Source: an uncultured Aquabacterium sp. (GTDB taxonomy: Bacteria > Pseudomonadota > Gammaproteobacteria > Burkholderiales > Burkholderiaceae_C). Taken from it: a DNA stretch of 51,849 nt. The position numbers and the translations under genes are program-made. Below, one piece after another: positions 50,482 to 51,849 of this stretch (the first letter of the stretch is position 1; every line of letters begins with the position of its first letter). A model generated the notes under the pieces. The model was not told where the DNA came from and did no database searches. It saw only the letters and a program-made list of their open reading frames with translations. The stretch spans positions 1-51,849 of the forward strand of contig CALMIF010000384.1 in NCBI GenBank assembly GCA_937864045.1. Direction: 5' to 3'.

Positions 50482-50850
50482 ATGCATCCGTCCTACCGCC
50501 AACGGGCACCGCGCCGCGGCCTGACCCTGATCGGCCTGCTGGCCTGGGCCATCATCGTCGGCTTCGTCGGTTACCTGCTGGTGCGGGTGGTGCCCACGGT
50601 CAGCGAGTTCTACACGATCCAGAACGTGGTCGACCGCATCGCGGCCAGCCCGGCCAGCACGGTGGCCGAGATCCGCGCTGCCTTCGACAAGCAACGCCAG
50701 ATCGACGCGACCATCGTGTCGGTGCTGGGCAAGGAACTCGACATCACCAAGCAGAACGAACGGGTGGTGATCAGCTTTGCCTACGAGAAGGAAATCGAGC
50801 TGGTCGGCCCGGTGTTCCTCCTGATCAAGTACGCTGGGCGCTCCAAGTGA
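50482..50850 (+). CDS. DUF4845-type protein
   Basis: RGLTLIGLL pilin-like N-terminus, TM, YEKEI.L.GPV.LLI.Y; conserved position between lepB and rnc. Alternative ATG at 50458. Confidence 0.82.
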   Translation: MHPSYRQRAPRRGLTLIGLLAWAIIVGFVGYLLVRVVPTVSEFYTIQNVVDRIAASPASTVAEIRAAFDKQRQIDATIVSVLGKELDITKQNERVVISFAYEKEIELVGPVFLLIKYAGRSK

Positions 50851-50892
50851 AGTGGGGACGGTGACCGAGCGCCGCCGTCCGTGCATGCCGCC

Positions 50893-51621
50893 ATGGAATC
50901 CAGCCCCGACCCCCGAACCGAGCACCGGCTCGACGCCCTGCAGCAACGCCTGGGCCACCGCTTTGCCGACCTGGCGCTGCTGCAGCGTGCGCTGACCCAC
51001 CGCAGCTTCGGCATCGAGCACAACGAACGCCTTGAATTCCTCGGCGATGCGGTGCTGGCGATGGCCGTGTCGGCCCTGCTGTACGAGCGCTTTTCCGCGT
51101 CCGACGAAGGCGACCTGACCCGCGTGCGGGCCCACCTGGTGCGCGAGGACAGCCTGCACCGCGCCGCCATCGCCCTGGGCCTGCCCGAGGTGCTGCGCCT
51201 GTCCGAGGGCGAGGCCCGCGGCGGCGGGGCGCAGCGGCCGTCGATCCTGGCCGACGCGGTCGAGGCGGTGATCGGCGCGCTTTTCCTCGACGGCGGCCTG
51301 CCGGCGGCCACGCGCCTGGTGCGGGCACTCTTCGGCGAACTGATCGCCAGCACCGAGGCCGACAGCTGGAGCAAGGACGCCAAGACCGAGTTGCAGGAAT
51401 GGCTGCAGGCGCGCCGCATCGCCGTGCCCACCTACCGCATCCTGGCCACCCGCGGCCAGGCCCATGCCCAGACCTTCGACGTCGAATGCGCCGTGCCCAC
51501 ATTGGGCCTGGCCGAGCAGGGCGAAGGTCGATCGCGCCGCACGGCCGAGCAGGAGGCTGCGCGCCGAATGCTGGCCAAGCTGAAGGCCAGCGACCGGCCG
51601 GGCAGTCCGCTGCGCAGCTGA
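50893..51621 (+). CDS. rnc: Ribonuclease III
   Basis: [34 protein letters not shown], ds[12 protein letters not shown]...AEQEAA. Alternative GTG at 50881. Confidence 0.97.
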   Translation: MESSPDPRTEHRLDALQQRLGHRFADLALLQRALTHRSFGIEHNERLEFLGDAVLAMAVSALLYERFSASDEGDLTRVRAHLVREDSLHRAAIALGLPEVLRLSEGEARGGGAQRPSILADAVEAVIGALFLDGGLPAATRLVRALFGELIASTEADSWSKDAKTELQEWLQARRIAVPTYRILATRGQAHAQTFDVECAVPTLGLAEQGEGRSRRTAEQEAARRMLAKLKASDRPGSPLRS

Positions 51622-51668
51622 GCGTCCCCGCTGCACATCGCTGCTTTCCACCACGACCGGACACCACC

Positions 51669-51849
51669 ATCACCGACGCCACCGCCCCCGACGCCTCCGG
51701 CGCCACCGAAGCCGCGCCGCAGCGTTGCGGCCTGATTGCCATCGTCGGCCGGCCCAACGTCGGCAAGTCGACCCTGCTGAACGCCCTGGTCGGCCAGAAG
51801 ATCAGCATCACCTCGCGCAAGGCGCAGACCACGCGCCACCGCATCACCG
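51669..51849 (+). CDS. era: GTPase Era, N-terminal part (runs off the window; not in the ORF track)
   Basis: Translated by hand: [43 protein letters not shown]; follows rnc. The apparent start codon is ATC at 51669. Confidence 0.93.
   Translation, partial: MTDATAPDASGATEAAPQRCGLIAIVGRPNVGKSTLLNALVGQKISITSRKAQTTRHRIT

Noticed and set aside
50482-50850. Type IV pilin, from the GLTLIGLL N-terminus
   Set aside because: Lacks the conserved Glu5, and its position between lepB and rnc fits the common DUF4845 gene.

Overview
GC-rich betaproteobacterial chromosomal fragment (Burkholderiales-like, judged from L32, LepA and gene order). Bases 1-55 are an untrimmed Illumina P5/TruSeq adapter, not genomic DNA. 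About 53-32,840 is a large surface-glycan locus, truncated at its 5' end. Its + strand arm carries a DegT aminotransferase, a phosphoglycosyl transferase (PGT) fusion, wbpB/D/E-like diaminouronic-acid genes, a polyprenol-phosphate-type GT2, two Wzx-like flippases, a class-II glutaminase/N-acetyl-sugar amidotransferase fusion, a putative exported beta-helix protein, two paralogous ~800-aa GT-C-like membrane proteins, a Wzy/WaaL-like protein, and a coupled aldo-keto reductase / PGT / ThDP E1alpha / E1beta / CapD module. An uncharacterised lipoprotein lies on the opposite strand in the middle of this arm. A convergent - strand arm carries rfbD-rfbC-wbpP-wza(SLBB)-wzz. About 32,950-51,849 is conserved core genome: DEAD-box helicase, methyltransferase, maf, yceD, rpmF, plsX-fabH-fabD-fabG-acpP-fabF, rpoE-rseA-rseB-degQ, lepA-lepB-DUF4845-rnc-era (partial). 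The best novelty candidates are a lipid-carrier periplasmic glycosylation system built on the duplicated GT-C-like proteins, and a possible branched-sugar pathway. Smaller ones are a structured, terminator-bearing lepA leader and an era gene with no canonical start codon. No CRISPR array, tRNA, rRNA or IS element was seen. All functional calls come from motif recognition by eye; no searches were run.
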